DNA of 64,000 nt, taken from the NCBI GenBank assembly GCA_008632985.1, contig QPGO01000040.1, positions 67,719-131,718 on the forward strand, read 5' to 3'. This document shows positions 63,444-64,000 of the stretch, piece by piece. The stretch is from Psammoneis japonica (Eukaryota). The position numbers were made by a program, and so were the translations under genes. Position 1 is the stretch's first letter. Each line of letters opens with the position of its first letter. Under the pieces are notes generated by a model. The model saw nothing but the letters and a program-made list of their open reading frames with translations, made no database searches and was not told the origin of the DNA.

Positions 63444-64000
63444 ATGATGCACAGGACTCTAGATTGCACGGCATTGGGAACGTTTCTGCTGGCATGGCTT
63501 TGCACAGGCGCAAACGGACAAGGCGATCCAGTGGTGCTTGAAGATTCTGTCGGGATGAAGAAAGACACAAGTCTCGCTGAAAGCCACCACAATGCTCACA
63601 GAGGGAGGTTTGACATTGGAATGGCTTTGGCAACCAATGATCGCTCATGCGTGAGCGACCTTGCGGATGATGAATCACAAACCTCGTTGACAAAGGATTC
63701 GGCTGCTTTCGACATTGGAGAGTGGGTGCAAATGGGACGAAGCATCTCTGTGGACAAAAGAAAAAGGCACAAAATGGTGGCAATGTCCAGAGATGGCAAA
63801 CGTGTGGTCATTTCAGAGTCTGGGACATTTGAAAAAGGCGGCACTGTCCGTGCATGTCAACGGAACTCTGTGAAGTCGGATTGGAAACAAGTGGGCCAAA
63901 TCATTGCAGGAGACGAGCTCAGTCCGCTAGTGGCCATGTCGGGAAATGGAAAACATTTTGTTGCTGCCGCAGGCAGGGAAACAGTTCGTGTCTTTAAATG
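63444..64000 (+). CDS. Divergently oriented paralogue of the beta-propeller gene (runs off the window); TpA-eroded, possibly a nascent pseudogene
   Basis: Open frame MMHRTLDCTALG..DIGEWVQMGRSIS..VAMSRDGKRVVIS..RACQ..SDW..VAMSGNGKHF..ETVRVFK aligns to 60833-62624. It lacks the intron and has no Tyr in 185 codons. Confidence 0.8.
   Translation, partial: MMHRTLDCTALGTFLLAWLCTGANGQGDPVVLEDSVGMKKDTSLAESHHNAHRGRFDIGMALATNDRSCVSDLADDESQTSLTKDSAAFDIGEWVQMGRSISVDKRKRHKMVAMSRDGKRVVISESGTFEKGGTVRACQRNSVKSDWKQVGQIIAGDELSPLVAMSGNGKHFVAAAGRETVRVFK

Overview
Eukaryotic genomic DNA, most likely from a pennate diatom (short GT-AG introns, a frustulin-type CxGDCD cell-wall protein, an HSF, diatom-type Gypsy and RNase H-bearing LINE relics). 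About 13 host genes are recognisable: a DapB/Ord-like dehydrogenase, a Tyr-rich secreted protein, an HSF, an ArfGAP-EH protein, an NADPH oxidase with an in-frame TAG, a very large frustulin-like protein, a PPR protein, a GLTP protein, pyruvate carboxylase, a head-to-head pair of beta-propeller paralogues, and several hypothetical proteins. The most striking signal is a mutational process rather than a gene. Sharply bounded domains (~3.2-15.6 kb, ~24.5-25.75 kb, ~45.1-52.1 kb and from ~63.4 kb) have lost almost all TpA, and in their cores CpG as well. Paralogue comparisons inside the window give the direction and context: T>C in 5'-RTA-3' (equivalently A>G in 5'-TAY-3'), with YTAR largely spared. 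Conserved Tyr codons in transposon proteins and in one host paralogue have become His or Cys. This looks like a RIP-like hypermutation aimed at repeats or heterochromatin, but with the opposite polarity to fungal RIP and separable from CpG decay. All counts are hand tallies and no database searches were run.
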